Part shown: positions 27,234 to 37,705 of the stretch, in pieces
How the letters are laid out: every line of letters begins with the position of its first letter
Numbering within the stretch: the stretch's first letter is position 1
NCBI GenBank assembly: GCA_045592865.1
Contig: JAZNVP010000015.1
Coordinates: 1-56,048 of the forward strand
DNA: 56,048 nt
From: Oscillospiraceae bacterium
GTDB taxonomy: Bacteria > Bacillota > Clostridia > Oscillospirales > JAGBHD01
Reading direction: 5' to 3'
The notes under the pieces: model-generated
The model's database searches: none
Seen by the model: only the letters and a program-made list of their open reading frames with translations
Told to the model about the DNA's origin: nothing
Translations under genes and position numbers: made by a program

Positions 27234-27712
27234 AGAGCAAACTCCCTTCTGTCGTCCTTAGTCTCGTCGAAGAAATCAATATCGCGCTCCTTGTATTTTT
27301 TAAGCACGAAATGGGTTCCCGTGGAAACCACCGAATCAAGCACCGATATCTTTCCTGCAACGAAGTAAGCGATCTCCTGAAAACTCTTTCCGACAACGGT
27401 TATCTTAAGGTCAAACCCGCCGCTCATAAGATAAACGTTGGTAACCTCAGGAAATTCCATTATTTTCTTGGCAATGTCGTCAAAGCCAAAATCGGGCTTC
27501 GGAACGACCTTAAGTTCAATAAGAGCCTCAACAACGACCCTGTCGGTCTTATCCCAGTTAACAACGGCTTTATATCCGCCGATAGTGTTATCCTTTTCCA
27601 TGGCTTTTATGGCGGCCGCGACCGCAGTTTCCTCTTCACCAATCATAACCGCTATCTCTTTCGCAGAGAGAAGCGCATCGTTTTCGAGAAGTTTTAAGAT
27701 TTTTTCTTTCAT
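27230..27712 (-). CDS. Lrp/AsnC-family transcriptional regulator
   Basis: 160 aa. N-terminal HTH (ILKLLENDALLSAKEIAVMIG) and a C-terminal RAM-like domain. Confidence 0.8.
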   Translation of the reverse strand: MKEKILKLLENDALLSAKEIAVMIGEEETAVAAAIKAMEKDNTIGGYKAVVNWDKTDRVVVEALIELKVVPKPDFGFDDIAKKIMEFPEVTNVYLMSGGFDLKITVVGKSFQEIAYFVAGKISVLDSVVSTGTHFVLKKYKERDIDFFDETKDDRREFAL

Positions 27713-27834
27713 AAAAAAGCCACCTTTACATTAGAATTACTTTAATTCTACTATATTTTCTTCAAAATTTCAACTATTTTGCATAATATGTTAAAAGAGC
27801 GCAAACTTATTCCCTATTTATTTACAGGAAACCT

Positions 27835-27862
27835 TTGAATTCTGCAAAATTTGTGTTATACT
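27835..27862 (+). promoter_or_regulatory. Promoter candidate for the binding-protein gene (TTGAAT-16-TGtTATACT)
   Basis: TTGAAT at 27835-27840 and the extended -10 TGTTATACT at 27854-27862. Confidence 0.5.
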
Positions 27863-27884
27863 CTTTCTTATAAGGAGGGGTTGT

Positions 27885-28724
27885 ATGAAAAAACTTATCC
27901 CTATTTTGCTCATAACTGCTTTCCTTCTGTCTTCCTGCAGAAACAGTTTCAACGAAGAACTATCCTCTTCGCCCGATTTTCCCGCAGTCGTTGCTTCGCT
28001 TAAGATCGAAAAGGCTCCCGAAAAGGTCGCCGTTTTATCGGACGGAATAAGTAACGTTATCGATAGCCTCGGTCTTTCAGATAAAATAGTCGCCGCAGAA
28101 ACATCCAAAGAGGGCGAAGAACTTATAAAAATCGGTGATGAATACCACCCCGATGCCGATAAAATAATAGAGAGCGGCGCCGAATTTCTTCTCACATTTA
28201 CCGAGGTTGAATATTCGGTTATGAACAAACTCTCGGACGCAGGTGTTAGGGTCATAGTCTTAAAAAAACCTGCCACGGCAGAAGAGATCAGCAGTATATA
28301 CACCGAGATGGCAACCCTTTTCTTCGGCGAAAACGAAGGTAAAGCAAAAGGAGAAAGCGTGTTTTCCGGGTATAGAACGGTCCTTGATAACCTTAAGAAA
28401 AATTTTGTAGGAAAAAGTTTTATTTATCTTAAAAACCGAGACCTCTCCCCCTCAACCGATAATGCCGCCGAGGGAATTTTAGAATACGTTTTCGGTTCAG
28501 AAAACCTAACCGAAGCAGTAAACGAAGACGCGCTTGAGACCCTTAACCCCGATTATATCTTTTTAGATAGCGGAGTGGATAAAAACTTTATCTCTTCCCT
28601 TTCGATTGCAGAAAAACTCACCGCCGTTACCGAAAACAATATCGTCTCTTTGCCTTCGGAAAGCTTTTTAGAGCTGACCCCTGATAGTTTAAATACTCTT
28701 TCAGAACTTATCAAAACCGAATAA
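27885..28724 (+). CDS. Lipoprotein, ABC-type periplasmic binding protein candidate (siderophore/cobalamin-like class)
   Basis: Lipobox LLSSC. VAVLSDGISNVIDSLGLSDKIVA and NPDYIFL resemble cluster-A binding proteins. No permease or ATPase gene is adjacent. Confidence 0.5.
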   Translation: MKKLIPILLITAFLLSSCRNSFNEELSSSPDFPAVVASLKIEKAPEKVAVLSDGISNVIDSLGLSDKIVAAETSKEGEELIKIGDEYHPDADKIIESGAEFLLTFTEVEYSVMNKLSDAGVRVIVLKKPATAEEISSIYTEMATLFFGENEGKAKGESVFSGYRTVLDNLKKNFVGKSFIYLKNRDLSPSTDNAAEGILEYVFGSENLTEAVNEDALETLNPDYIFLDSGVDKNFISSLSIAEKLTAVTENNIVSLPSESFLELTPDSLNTLSELIKTE

Positions 28725-28732
28725 AAAAACAA

Positions 28733-28762
28733 AAAAGCTGCAAAAATTTGCAGCTTTTTATT
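28733..28762. terminator. Bidirectional rho-independent terminator
   Basis: AAAAGCTGCAAA / TTTGCAGCTTTT stem followed by TTTTATT. It sits between convergent genes. Confidence 0.8.
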
Positions 28763-29495
28763 ATTCTTCGTTATATTCTTCGCTTCCCCAACCGCTGATG
28801 TTCCCTCTTTTCATGGCACCGATGATCTTAACCTTAAAAAACTCGTCCTCTTTCATTCTTTGCTTAACGAAATTTTTGGTGGTCTCTCGGTTGGTAACCC
28901 CATCGGCAGGGCAACGACTTTTAACTATTGGCAGGTTATTCTTGGCTGATGCCCTTAAAATATCGCTTTCCTCGGTAAAAATAAGCGGTCTTATAAGATA
29001 AAGGTCCTTTCTCGAAAGATAACTTTTAGGAGAAAAACACCCAACCCGACCCTCGTTGAAAAGGTTCATAAAAAAGGTCTCAACCGCGTCGTCAAGATGA
29101 TGCCCCAAAGCAACCTTGTTGCAACCGTATTCCTTGGCGGTGTCGTGAAGAAGTCCTCTTCTCATTCTCGCACAAAGACTGCAAGGGTTCTTTTCACGTC
29201 GAACCTCGAAGATTATCTCCCAAAGGTCAGTTCTTTTTATAACGTGCTCTACCGAATATTTTTCGCAAAGCTTTGTTATTTCGCCAAAGTCGCCCTCTTG
29301 TTTGTTAAAGCACGGGTCAAGCGTTACGGCAACGATACCGAAATCAATTCCGATAAATTTTCTCAAAAGGCAAAGCGCTTCCAATAAAACGACCGAATCC
29401 TTGCCGCCCGAAACACCGACAGCAATTTTGTCCCCATCCGATATCATATTATAATCGGTTATTGCCTTGCGCATCTGCCCTAAAATTTTTTGCAT
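28761..29495 (-). CDS. ttcA: PP-loop ATPase of the TtcA family (tRNA 2-thiocytidine biosynthesis-like)
   Basis: PP-loop VSGGKDS, cysteine motifs CSLCARMRRG and a C-terminal C..P, and GHHLDD. Confidence 0.65.
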   Translation of the reverse strand: MQKILGQMRKAITDYNMISDGDKIAVGVSGGKDSVVLLEALCLLRKFIGIDFGIVAVTLDPCFNKQEGDFGEITKLCEKYSVEHVIKRTDLWEIIFEVRREKNPCSLCARMRRGLLHDTAKEYGCNKVALGHHLDDAVETFFMNLFNEGRVGCFSPKSYLSRKDLYLIRPLIFTEESDILRASAKNNLPIVKSRCPADGVTNRETTKNFVKQRMKEDEFFKVKIIGAMKRGNISGWGSEEYNEE

Positions 29496-29625
29496 AAATT
29501 CCCATCCCGAAAACTTAATAAATTAACCCGTTTTGTTAATAATAAATTCAACATCTGAAAACTTAAAACCGCGTTTGCTATAGGTTTTTTGATGTTTTTG
29601 AGCCGACGTTAAGTCGGCTCATTTT

Positions 29626-31857
29626 TTATAGCGTTATTTGCTCTCCGAACTCTTCCTCTTTCATTGCCTTTGCGGCTGCAGGAAGATTTTTAGAACGATA
29701 TCTGTGAGCCGAAACGAGCATTCCCTCTTTAAAGGGGTCTACCTTAAAGAGTTTATTCTTACCCCTTAGCGTCAGAACCGCAACACCCTGAGTGTTTCTC
29801 GTTGTTTTAACGGGAATAGCACCCGAATGAACAAGCAGGACCTTGCCCTCGGTCGTGGTTAGCATAAACTCCCTGTCCTCAGTAACTCTGAATAAAGCGA
29901 TAAGCTTCGACTTGTCCGAATAGGCATTCGAGAGTTTTCTTCGGTTGGTCTTGGTCTCATATGCAGAAAGCGGAACCTTTGCCGCCTTACCGTTTTCAAA
30001 GAACATAACAATATGTCCCTTGTAGTCGTCGATAGGAACCATAACCTTAGCCGATTCTCCGTTATCGAAGCCGAGCTTCGCCGCAACGTAGTCACCCATC
30101 ACACTCGCCTTGGTGTCGTCAAAGTCACTTGCCTTTGATTTATAGCACTGGCTCATATCCGTAAAGAAGAGAAGCTCGGTGCGGTTGGTTGCCTCTTGCT
30201 CGAGTATTATCTCGTCGCCCTCTTTGAGTTTCTGATCGGAACTCATTCTGAGCGAACTGGGAATGATCTTCTTAAAGTAACCCTCTTTGGTAAAGAAGAG
30301 GTGAACAGGATAATCGGGAACCTCTTCCACTATCTTTATCTCGGGAGCCTCCGCTTTAAAGATAATTTCAGATTTTCTCTCCTGTCCGTAGGTCTCGATA
30401 ACCTCTTTTAATTCCTTTATGATAACGCCCTTAACCTTTGTTCTGCTGGAAAGAATATCTTCCATTTCCTTGATTGCCGCCTGAAGCTCTTCGATCTCTG
30501 CAGTTCGGTTAAGAATATATGCCTTGTTGAGATTTCGAAGTTTGATATCCGCAACGTATTCCGCCTGGATCTCATCGATCATAAAGCCGATCATAAGGTT
30601 AGGAACTACCTCTGCTTCTTCCTTGGTCTCCCTTATGATCTTGATAGCCTTATCAATGTCAAGAAGGATTTTTTCAAGTCCCTTCATTAAATGAAGCTTC
30701 TTCTTTTTCTTTTCGAGTTCATTGAAAAGACGGCGCTTTACGCATTCTGTTCTGAACGCGATCCACTCAAGAAGGATATCCTTAACACCAAGACAGTAAG
30801 GATTTCCGTTGATAAGCACGTTAAAATTGCAGGAGAAGGAATCTTCAAGCTGAGTCATCTTAAAGAGCTTCTGCATAAACTTATCGGGATCGGTGCCTCT
30901 TTTAAGGTCTATCGCAAGTTTCTTGTTCGAGGTAAACTCAATGGCATCTCGGATATTCGATATCTCGCGGATCTTACCCTCTTTCGCAAGAGCGCAAACC
31001 TTTTCGATTATATCCTGAACCTTGACCTGCGGAGGAATTTCGGTAACGTTTATGCGGTTTTCCGCCTTATCATACTCATATTTTGAGCGCATTTTAAAGC
31101 TTCCGCGTCCCGTTTCAAATATGCCCTTCATCTCGGCTTCATCGTAGATTATCTGCGCTCCACCGGGGAAATCGGGTGCTTTCAAGGTCTCGTAGATATC
31201 AAAATCTTCATCTCTGAGAAGTCCGATAGTGGTTTCGCAAACCTCTTTTAAGTTGAAAGAACAGATTCGGCTGGTCATACCAACCGCAATACCGTCGTTA
31301 AAGTTTACAAGTATGCTCGGGAACCTGACGGGGAAAAGCACGGGTTCTTTCATCGTTGAATCGTAGTTATCAACGAAGTCGACCGTATCTTTTTCTATAT
31401 CCTCAAAAAGTTCTTTTGCTATTTTATCAAGCTTTGCCTCGGTATACCTCGAAGCCGCGTAAGACTCGCTCGAATAAGCCCTGCCGAAGTTACCCTTCGA
31501 ATCTATATAAGGGTGCAAAAGGGTCTCGTTTCCTCGAGCCATACGAACCATAGTTTCATAGATAGCCGCATCGCCGTGGGGGTTGAGTTTCATGGTCTGA
31601 CCCACAATGTTTGCCGATTTCATTCTGTTTCCCGTCAGAAGCCCCATCTTATACATCGTATAGAGAAGTTTTCTGTGGGAAGGCTTGAAACCGTCGATCT
31701 CGGGGATAGCACGGGAAACTATAACGCTCATAGCATATGGCATATAGTTTTCGGTCAGCGTGTCGGTTATCTTCTGGTCAAGCACAAGTCCTGCCGACTC
31801 GATATAAGCATCGCTCGTCTGCGGTCTTTTAGGTGCCGCCGCTTTTTTCCTTGCCAT
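29626..31857 (-). CDS. parC: Type IIA topoisomerase subunit A, ParC-like (topoisomerase IV)
   Basis: Catalytic-Tyr region AASRYTEAKL. 743 aa with a short C-terminal domain. I could not find a GyrA-box (QRRGGKG-like) in the first blade region. Confidence 0.7.
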   Translation of the reverse strand: MARKKAAAPKRPQTSDAYIESAGLVLDQKITDTLTENYMPYAMSVIVSRAIPEIDGFKPSHRKLLYTMYKMGLLTGNRMKSANIVGQTMKLNPHGDAAIYETMVRMARGNETLLHPYIDSKGNFGRAYSSESYAASRYTEAKLDKIAKELFEDIEKDTVDFVDNYDSTMKEPVLFPVRFPSILVNFNDGIAVGMTSRICSFNLKEVCETTIGLLRDEDFDIYETLKAPDFPGGAQIIYDEAEMKGIFETGRGSFKMRSKYEYDKAENRINVTEIPPQVKVQDIIEKVCALAKEGKIREISNIRDAIEFTSNKKLAIDLKRGTDPDKFMQKLFKMTQLEDSFSCNFNVLINGNPYCLGVKDILLEWIAFRTECVKRRLFNELEKKKKKLHLMKGLEKILLDIDKAIKIIRETKEEAEVVPNLMIGFMIDEIQAEYVADIKLRNLNKAYILNRTAEIEELQAAIKEMEDILSSRTKVKGVIIKELKEVIETYGQERKSEIIFKAEAPEIKIVEEVPDYPVHLFFTKEGYFKKIIPSSLRMSSDQKLKEGDEIILEQEATNRTELLFFTDMSQCYKSKASDFDDTKASVMGDYVAAKLGFDNGESAKVMVPIDDYKGHIVMFFENGKAAKVPLSAYETKTNRRKLSNAYSDKSKLIALFRVTEDREFMLTTTEGKVLLVHSGAIPVKTTRNTQGVAVLTLRGKNKLFKVDPFKEGMLVSAHRYRSKNLPAAAKAMKEEEFGEQITL

Positions 31858-31874
31858 TTTTCTATCCCCTTTCT

Positions 31875-33863
31875 TTAAGATATATCCGAAAGATCAATAT
31901 ATTTGTATCCTTCATTCGCAATTAAGTCTTTTCTTCCCTGGAGATTGTCGCCTAAAAGAAGATCAAACATCTCTGCCGTTCTCTTAGCTTCAGTGGGTGT
32001 TACCCTTATAAGCCTTCTGGTTTCAGGGTTCATCGTAGTAAGCCACATCATATCGGGCTCGTTCTCACCAAGTCCCTTTGAACGCTGAATAGTGCATTTA
32101 TCTTCGCCGATCATACCCATTATCTTAGTCTTTTCCGCCTCGGTATATGCAAAATAGGTCTTGCCCTTAGAGGTTATCTCATATAAGGGCGACTCTGCAA
32201 TATAAACGTATCCCTTTTCAATAAGGGTAGGCGTGAGACAGTAAAGCATAGTTAAAATTAACGTTCTTATCTGGAAGCCGTCAACGTCGGCATCGGTGCA
32301 GATAACGATCTTATTCCATCTGAGCGACTCCAAAGAGAACAGAGAAAGTCCCTTGTTCTGCTTCGAGTTTATCTCAACTCCGCAGCCCATAACCTTAATA
32401 ATATCGGTTATAATGTCGTTTTTAAATATCTGCGCATTGTCCGCCTTCAAGCAGTTAAGAATTTTACCTCTGACGGGGATTATCGCCTGAAATGAAGCAT
32501 CTCTTCCCTGTTTGCAGGAACCGAGTGCCGAATCACCCTCAACGATATAGAGTTCTCTCTTAGACACATCCTTCGTGGTGCAGTCAACAAACTTCTGCAC
32601 CCTGTTTGCCATATCAAGATTTCCCGAAAGCTTCTTCTTAACGTCTATTCTCGTTTTCTCCGATTCCTCGCGGCTTCTCTTGTTAACAAGAAGCTGTTCC
32701 GCAACCTTGGAGGCCTCTTCGGGCCTCTCGAGGAAATAAACCTCTAACTGTCTCTTGAGGAAATCGGTCATTGCTTCATAGATAAACTTATTCGTTATAG
32801 CCTTTTTGGTCTGGTTCTCATATGAAGTCTGAGTCGAAAAAGAAGAGGACACCAAGATAAGACAATCGTCAATATCCTGGTATGTTATCTTGCTTTCGTT
32901 CGTTTTATATTTGTTATTCTGCTTTAAAAAACCGTCGAACATCGAGGTAAACGCAAGGCGAACTGCCTTTTCAGGACTTCCCCCGTGTTCAAGAAAACTC
33001 GAATTGTGGTAGTATTCGGTCATATTAAGCTTGTTGCAAAAGCCGAAAGCAACCGAAAACTTAACCTTATACATAGGAAGGTCGGCTCTGTCGCGGCCCT
33101 TGTCCTCACCCTGCCAGAACTGAATTTCGGAGATAGTCTCTTCCTCACCGATAAGTTCTTTAAGGTAGTCGGTTATTCCGTTTTCATAGATAAACTCTTT
33201 AGTCTCAAAGCTTTTTCCAACCTGATTTTTGAAAACAAACTTAACGTTCGGGTTAACAACTGCCTGACGGCGCAATACCCCCTCGATAAAATCGGGAGAA
33301 ATCGCAATGTCGGTAAAAACATCGAGATCGGGGCGCCAACGCACGATAGTTCCCGTGTTTCTCTTCTCGTAAGGTTCGGTTTTAAGTCCGCCTATGTTCT
33401 CACCCTTTTCAAAATGCAGGGTGTATTTATTTCCGTCTCTTATGGAGGTTACGTCCATATACTCCGAAGCATACTGCGTCGCACATGCACCGAGTCCGTT
33501 AAGGCCTAAAGAATACTCGTAGTTTTCACCGTCTAAATTATTATACTTTCCACCCGCATAGAGTTCGCAATAGATAAGTTCCCAGTTATACCTCTCTTCC
33601 TTTTGGTTATAACCGACCGGAACACCTCGTCCCTGGTCCTCAACCTCAATAGAGTGATCCTCAAATTTCGTTACGGTGATCTTGTTTCCGTAACCCTCAC
33701 GTGCCTCGTCGATAGAGTTGGAGAGTATTTCAAAAAACGAGTGCTGACAACCCTCAATACCGTCCGAACCAAAGATAACCGCAGGTCTTTTTCTGACTCT
33801 GTCGGCTCCTTTGAGCGAACTTATGCTATCATCGCCATACGCCTTTTTAACCGTTTTTGCCAT
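31875..33863 (-). CDS. parE: Type IIA topoisomerase subunit B, ParE-like
   Basis: GHKL ATPase N-terminus (GLNGLGA), Toprim EGDSA, and PLRGKILN-like VRGKILN. It lies directly upstream of parC. Confidence 0.7.
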   Translation of the reverse strand: MAKTVKKAYGDDSISSLKGADRVRKRPAVIFGSDGIEGCQHSFFEILSNSIDEAREGYGNKITVTKFEDHSIEVEDQGRGVPVGYNQKEERYNWELIYCELYAGGKYNNLDGENYEYSLGLNGLGACATQYASEYMDVTSIRDGNKYTLHFEKGENIGGLKTEPYEKRNTGTIVRWRPDLDVFTDIAISPDFIEGVLRRQAVVNPNVKFVFKNQVGKSFETKEFIYENGITDYLKELIGEEETISEIQFWQGEDKGRDRADLPMYKVKFSVAFGFCNKLNMTEYYHNSSFLEHGGSPEKAVRLAFTSMFDGFLKQNNKYKTNESKITYQDIDDCLILVSSSFSTQTSYENQTKKAITNKFIYEAMTDFLKRQLEVYFLERPEEASKVAEQLLVNKRSREESEKTRIDVKKKLSGNLDMANRVQKFVDCTTKDVSKRELYIVEGDSALGSCKQGRDASFQAIIPVRGKILNCLKADNAQIFKNDIITDIIKVMGCGVEINSKQNKGLSLFSLESLRWNKIVICTDADVDGFQIRTLILTMLYCLTPTLIEKGYVYIAESPLYEITSKGKTYFAYTEAEKTKIMGMIGEDKCTIQRSKGLGENEPDMMWLTTMNPETRRLIRVTPTEAKRTAEMFDLLLGDNLQGRKDLIANEGYKYIDLSDIS

Positions 33864-33934
33864 TCGTTCCTTTTTCCTTTCATTCGTTCTTTAAAGCACC
33901 AATAGGCTCGCCGGGTAAGGCAAGCCTATATTTT

Positions 33935-35761
33935 TTATTCTTCCATCAAGGCCTTGAACTCTGCCTCATCAAGTTTCTCTTTTTCAAGAAGCGTTGAGGT
34001 TATGAGTTCTAATTTATCCTTGTGAGTCGTGAGAATTTCGATAGCTTTATTGTAGCCATCTTCAACAATTCTCTTTATTTCTTTATCAATAAGCGCCACA
34101 GTTTCAGGAGAGAATGCATTCGAGTGACCGAGTTCTCTTCCGAGGAACACCTGCTGGTTTTCCTGAGCATAAAGCACAGGACCCAAAACTTCACTGAAGC
34201 CGTAACGGGTAACCATCTCTCTCGCAGTCTGGGTCGCAACCTCAATATCGTGAGAAGCCCCCGTGGTAATATCGTCAAGCACCAGTTTCTCTGCCGCTCT
34301 TCCGCCGAGAAGAACAACGATTCTCTCTTCGAGCTGTTTCTTTCTGACGTGGGTGTTATCGTCTTTGGGAAGACTTATCGTGTATCCCGCCGCCATACCT
34401 CTCGGTATAACCGAAATCTGACGAACGTCCTCCTGGGTGGGAAGATAATAGGTGCAGATAGCGTGACCTGCTTCGTGGTAAGCAGTCACCTTCTTTTCTT
34501 CCTCTATTACCTTTCTCGATTTTTTCTCAGGACCTGCAATAACCTTGATGGTCGCCTCTTCAATATCTTCCATAGTTATCGCCTTGCGGTCACGTCTTGC
34601 CGCAAGTAAAGCCGCCTCATTTGCAACGTTTTCAAGGTCTGCGCCCGTGAATCCGGGAGTAGACTGAGCAATGACCTTAAGGTCAACGTCAACCGACAAA
34701 GGCTTGTTCTTTGTGTGAACCTTCAGGATATCCTCTCTGCCCTTAAGATCAGGCGGATAAACCGCGATCTGACGGTCAAATCTGCCGGGTCTGAGAAGTG
34801 CAGGATCAAGAATGTCCTTTCGGTTGGTTGCCGCAATTATAATAACGCCCTGATTGGTTGCAAAACCGTCCATCTCAACGAGGAGCTGGTTTAGAGTCTG
34901 CTCCCTCTCATCGTGTCCGCCGCCGAGACCTGCGCCTCTGTGACGTCCGACTGCGTCAATCTCGTCTATAAATATAATGCTGGGCGCCGCTTTTTTTGCC
35001 TTATCGAAAAGGTCGCGGACCCTCGAAGCACCAACACCGACAAACATCTCAACGAAATCAGAACCCGAAATGGAAAAGAAAGGAACACCCGCTTCACCCG
35101 CAACCGCTTTTGCAATAAGGGTCTTACCCGTTCCGGGAGGTCCCATAAGAAGAACTCCTTTCGGGATCCTTGCTCCGAGATCGTTAAACTTCTGAGGATT
35201 TTTAAGGAACTCAACAATTTCCTGAAGTTCTCCCTTTTCCTCTTCTGCACCCGCAACGTCTGCAAAGGTGGTAGTGCATCTCTCGGGAGGAAGTTCCTTA
35301 ACGTGCGACTTGCCGAACGACGAAATCTTTCCGCCGTCACCCGCGTGGCGCATCATAAATATCCAGAAAACAACCATGATAACAAGAAGCAGTATAGTAG
35401 GACCGTAGGTCATTAGGATCGAACTGCCCGCAGATGCCGAATAATCATAGATTATCTTGTTATCAGGATGCTCTGCATTATATTCTCTGACAATGTCTCT
35501 CACGTCATCAATGAAAAGAGAAACGTAAGGAACCTTGTAACTCTCTGTTTTATCTTCTCCGCGAAGCTTGAATTTCAAGGTGCCTTTGTTTATATCGAGC
35601 TTATACTCGCTCACCTTGCCCTCTTCAAAAAGCTCTATTACCTCACTGTATTTATATCCTGTTTTGCTCATGATGTTACTGTAGAGCGAAAAGCCCATAA
35701 CCATAAGCGCAATAAAAACAGCGACGTAAAGAAGAATACCTTTTATCTTGTTTTTCTGCAT
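33935..35761 (-). CDS. ftsH: ATP-dependent zinc metalloprotease FtsH
   Basis: Two N-terminal TM helices, Walker [12 protein letters not shown] region, and zinc motif HEAGH. Confidence 0.95.
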   Translation of the reverse strand: MQKNKIKGILLYVAVFIALMVMGFSLYSNIMSKTGYKYSEVIELFEEGKVSEYKLDINKGTLKFKLRGEDKTESYKVPYVSLFIDDVRDIVREYNAEHPDNKIIYDYSASAGSSILMTYGPTILLLVIMVVFWIFMMRHAGDGGKISSFGKSHVKELPPERCTTTFADVAGAEEEKGELQEIVEFLKNPQKFNDLGARIPKGVLLMGPPGTGKTLIAKAVAGEAGVPFFSISGSDFVEMFVGVGASRVRDLFDKAKKAAPSIIFIDEIDAVGRHRGAGLGGGHDEREQTLNQLLVEMDGFATNQGVIIIAATNRKDILDPALLRPGRFDRQIAVYPPDLKGREDILKVHTKNKPLSVDVDLKVIAQSTPGFTGADLENVANEAALLAARRDRKAITMEDIEEATIKVIAGPEKKSRKVIEEEKKVTAYHEAGHAICTYYLPTQEDVRQISVIPRGMAAGYTISLPKDDNTHVRKKQLEERIVVLLGGRAAEKLVLDDITTGASHDIEVATQTAREMVTRYGFSEVLGPVLYAQENQQVFLGRELGHSNAFSPETVALIDKEIKRIVEDGYNKAIEILTTHKDKLELITSTLLEKEKLDEAEFKALMEE

Positions 35762-35806
35762 TAAAGTCTCCGTTCTGCCGCACCTGCGGCTAAAAATAAG
35801 TTTTAA

Positions 35807-36346
35807 CTATTCGGAATAAACCTCAGGCTTTAAAACACCAACGAAAGGAATGTTTCTGTATTCCTCGTTGAAGTCAAGTCCGTATCCGACAACGAACTCA
35901 TTCGGAACACTGAATCCCGAATAATCGGCAGAGATATCCGCCTCTCTTCTTTCAGGTTTATCAAGAAGGGTGCATATTTTAAAGCTCTTGGGATTTCTTG
36001 AAGACAAAAGCTCTCTCAGATGATGAAGGGTTTTTCCGCTATCGAGAATATCTTCAACAATAAGAATATCCTTTCCCTCAAGGTTTATGTCAAGATCCTT
36101 AACTATTTTAACCACACCGCTTGATTTTACACCGTTTCCGTAACTCGAAACACTCATAAAATCAATTTCGCAAGGAATGGTGATCTCTCTTAAAAGATCC
36201 GCCATAAAAATAACCGAGCCCTTTAATATTCCAACGACAAGAAGGTTCTTTCCCTCATAATCTTTGGAAATCTGCGCACCAAGTTCAGAAACCTTAGCCT
36301 TTAAGGTCTCCTCATCAATCAAAACCTTTTCGATATCTGAAAGCAT
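35807..36346 (-). CDS. hpt: Hypoxanthine phosphoribosyltransferase
   Basis: PRPP motif [14 protein letters not shown], 179 aa, in the conserved tilS-hpt-ftsH order. Confidence 0.9.
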   Translation of the reverse strand: MLSDIEKVLIDEETLKAKVSELGAQISKDYEGKNLLVVGILKGSVIFMADLLREITIPCEIDFMSVSSYGNGVKSSGVVKIVKDLDINLEGKDILIVEDILDSGKTLHHLRELLSSRNPKSFKICTLLDKPERREADISADYSGFSVPNEFVVGYGLDFNEEYRNIPFVGVLKPEVYSE

Positions 36347-36361
36347 TTTCCTTTTCCCCTT

Positions 36362-37705
36362 TTATTTTATCTCTGTCTCAATTATCAAAACTTCCCCGGT
36401 GTTTTCATCGGGCGAGACCCTTTCGTCTGCCCCGAACGAAAACACGCCAATGATCCCTTTTTCATCTGCAAAAACAGGAAGCGATCCCCTTTTTTCTTTA
36501 GGAATCTTTTCCTCAATGAAGAGCTTTTTAAGACTTTTTCCAACCCCTCTTCCGACGGCCTTGAAATAATCTCCCTCTTCTCTCGAGCGAACGAATATAT
36601 CGCCCACCGCTTTTGCGCGGTCGATAACTATCCTCTTTTTATCAAAACCACAACCCTTATTATAACCTTTTTTTGCCTTTAAGTCAACCGAAGAGATCGT
36701 GATTTTCATACCCGAAAGGTCATTTTCACCGAATGTTAAGAGAGTTTTCATTATTTTTTCACCCGATGCGGTCTCGAAAGCAGAAATTCCTTCCCCTCTC
36801 AGTTCAAAAAACAGATTTCCCGAAAGATTAACCTTTCTCTTATCCTCAGAAAGTGAGCAAATTTCCTCTACGTTTAATCTGCTTTTCTCACACCCGTTTT
36901 CTTCCAGAAATCTCATAACAACTCTGTTTTTAAGAGCCGCGGGTAACTCCAGCGCTTCTCTATCCAAAACACCCTTTTGGCAAAGTTTTTTATAAACCTT
37001 TTCTGCCTCTTCATCCAAAAAAAGATCATCTTCTGCAGCACTCATTGAAAGAGAGTAAATATGTTCGAGCGCCTTAGCGTTTATCTCCTTAAGTTTTGGC
37101 ACTACCCCATGCCTTATCTTGTTTCTTGTGTAATCATCCGAAAGATTGGTGGAATCGGTAACAAATCCTTCTCCCTTTTCAGAAAGATATCTTTCGATAT
37201 CCTCTCTTTTAGAAGAAAGAAGCGGCCTGATAATATTATCCCTCTTAGGCTTTAGAGAGCAAATCCCCGAAAGAGCGCTTCCCCTCACCATATTAAAAAC
37301 AACCGTTTCCGCAAGATCGTCCATATTATGCGCAACCGCAATCAGAGCCCCCGTCTGAGAAGCGATCTCTGAAAAAATTCTGTATCTCTCTTCCCTTCCC
37401 GCGAGTTCTTCCGATATTCCCTTTTCTCTTGCAATATCGGCTACTGAAATACGGCGAACCGAAAGCTTGACCGAAAGCCTTTCGCATAATTCCACGCAGA
37501 ATTTTTCGTCCCTATATGCCTCTTCACCGCGCAATCCGTGGTTGATATGACAGGCAGAAACCTCAATCGGAACCGTTTCGGAATACTCTTTTAAAAACAA
37601 GAGCAGGGCGACAGAATCTGCTCCGCCGGAAAGTCCGACAAGCACCCTATCACCCTTTTTCAAAATATTATATTCACTAACAAGCCTTAAAGCCTTAGTT
37701 TTCAT
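36362..37705 (-). CDS. tilS: tRNA(Ile)-lysidine synthase
   Basis: PP-loop LSGGADS, HINHGLRG, and synteny with hpt and ftsH. Confidence 0.9.
   Translation of the reverse strand: MKTKALRLVSEYNILKKGDRVLVGLSGGADSVALLLFLKEYSETVPIEVSACHINHGLRGEEAYRDEKFCVELCERLSVKLSVRRISVADIAREKGISEELAGREERYRIFSEIASQTGALIAVAHNMDDLAETVVFNMVRGSALSGICSLKPKRDNIIRPLLSSKREDIERYLSEKGEGFVTDSTNLSDDYTRNKIRHGVVPKLKEINAKALEHIYSLSMSAAEDDLFLDEEAEKVYKKLCQKGVLDREALELPAALKNRVVMRFLEENGCEKSRLNVEEICSLSEDKRKVNLSGNLFFELRGEGISAFETASGEKIMKTLLTFGENDLSGMKITISSVDLKAKKGYNKGCGFDKKRIVIDRAKAVGDIFVRSREEGDYFKAVGRGVGKSLKKLFIEEKIPKEKRGSLPVFADEKGIIGVFSFGADERVSPDENTGEVLIIETEIK

Noticed and set aside
27818-28303. 161-aa minus-strand ORF overlapping the start of the binding-protein gene.
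   Set aside because: It has a Ser-rich low-complexity translation, no SD and no recognisable family. The plus-strand lipoprotein, with its promoter, SD and lipobox, explains the region.
29600-29627. A hairpin GAGCCGAC/GTCGGCTC followed by a T-run on the plus strand, which looks like a plus-strand terminator with no plus-strand gene upstream.
   Set aside because: It abuts the parC stop on the minus strand, where it is followed by an A-rich rather than U-rich tail. It may be a weak or bidirectional terminator. I found no promoter or ORF to support an independent sRNA.
34022-34609. Long antisense or alternative-frame ORFs inside conserved genes. Examples: 34022-34609 and 34913-35416 in ftsH, 39128-39667 in rplI/rnj, 42938-43567 in the nucleotidyltransferase, 54167-54754 and 55118-55696 in clpX, and 13350-13745 in the kinase.
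   Set aside because: Each is embedded in a gene with clear family motifs on the other strand or frame. Their translations are low-complexity or Arg/Ser-rich. No SD sequences are present. They are typical shadow ORFs.
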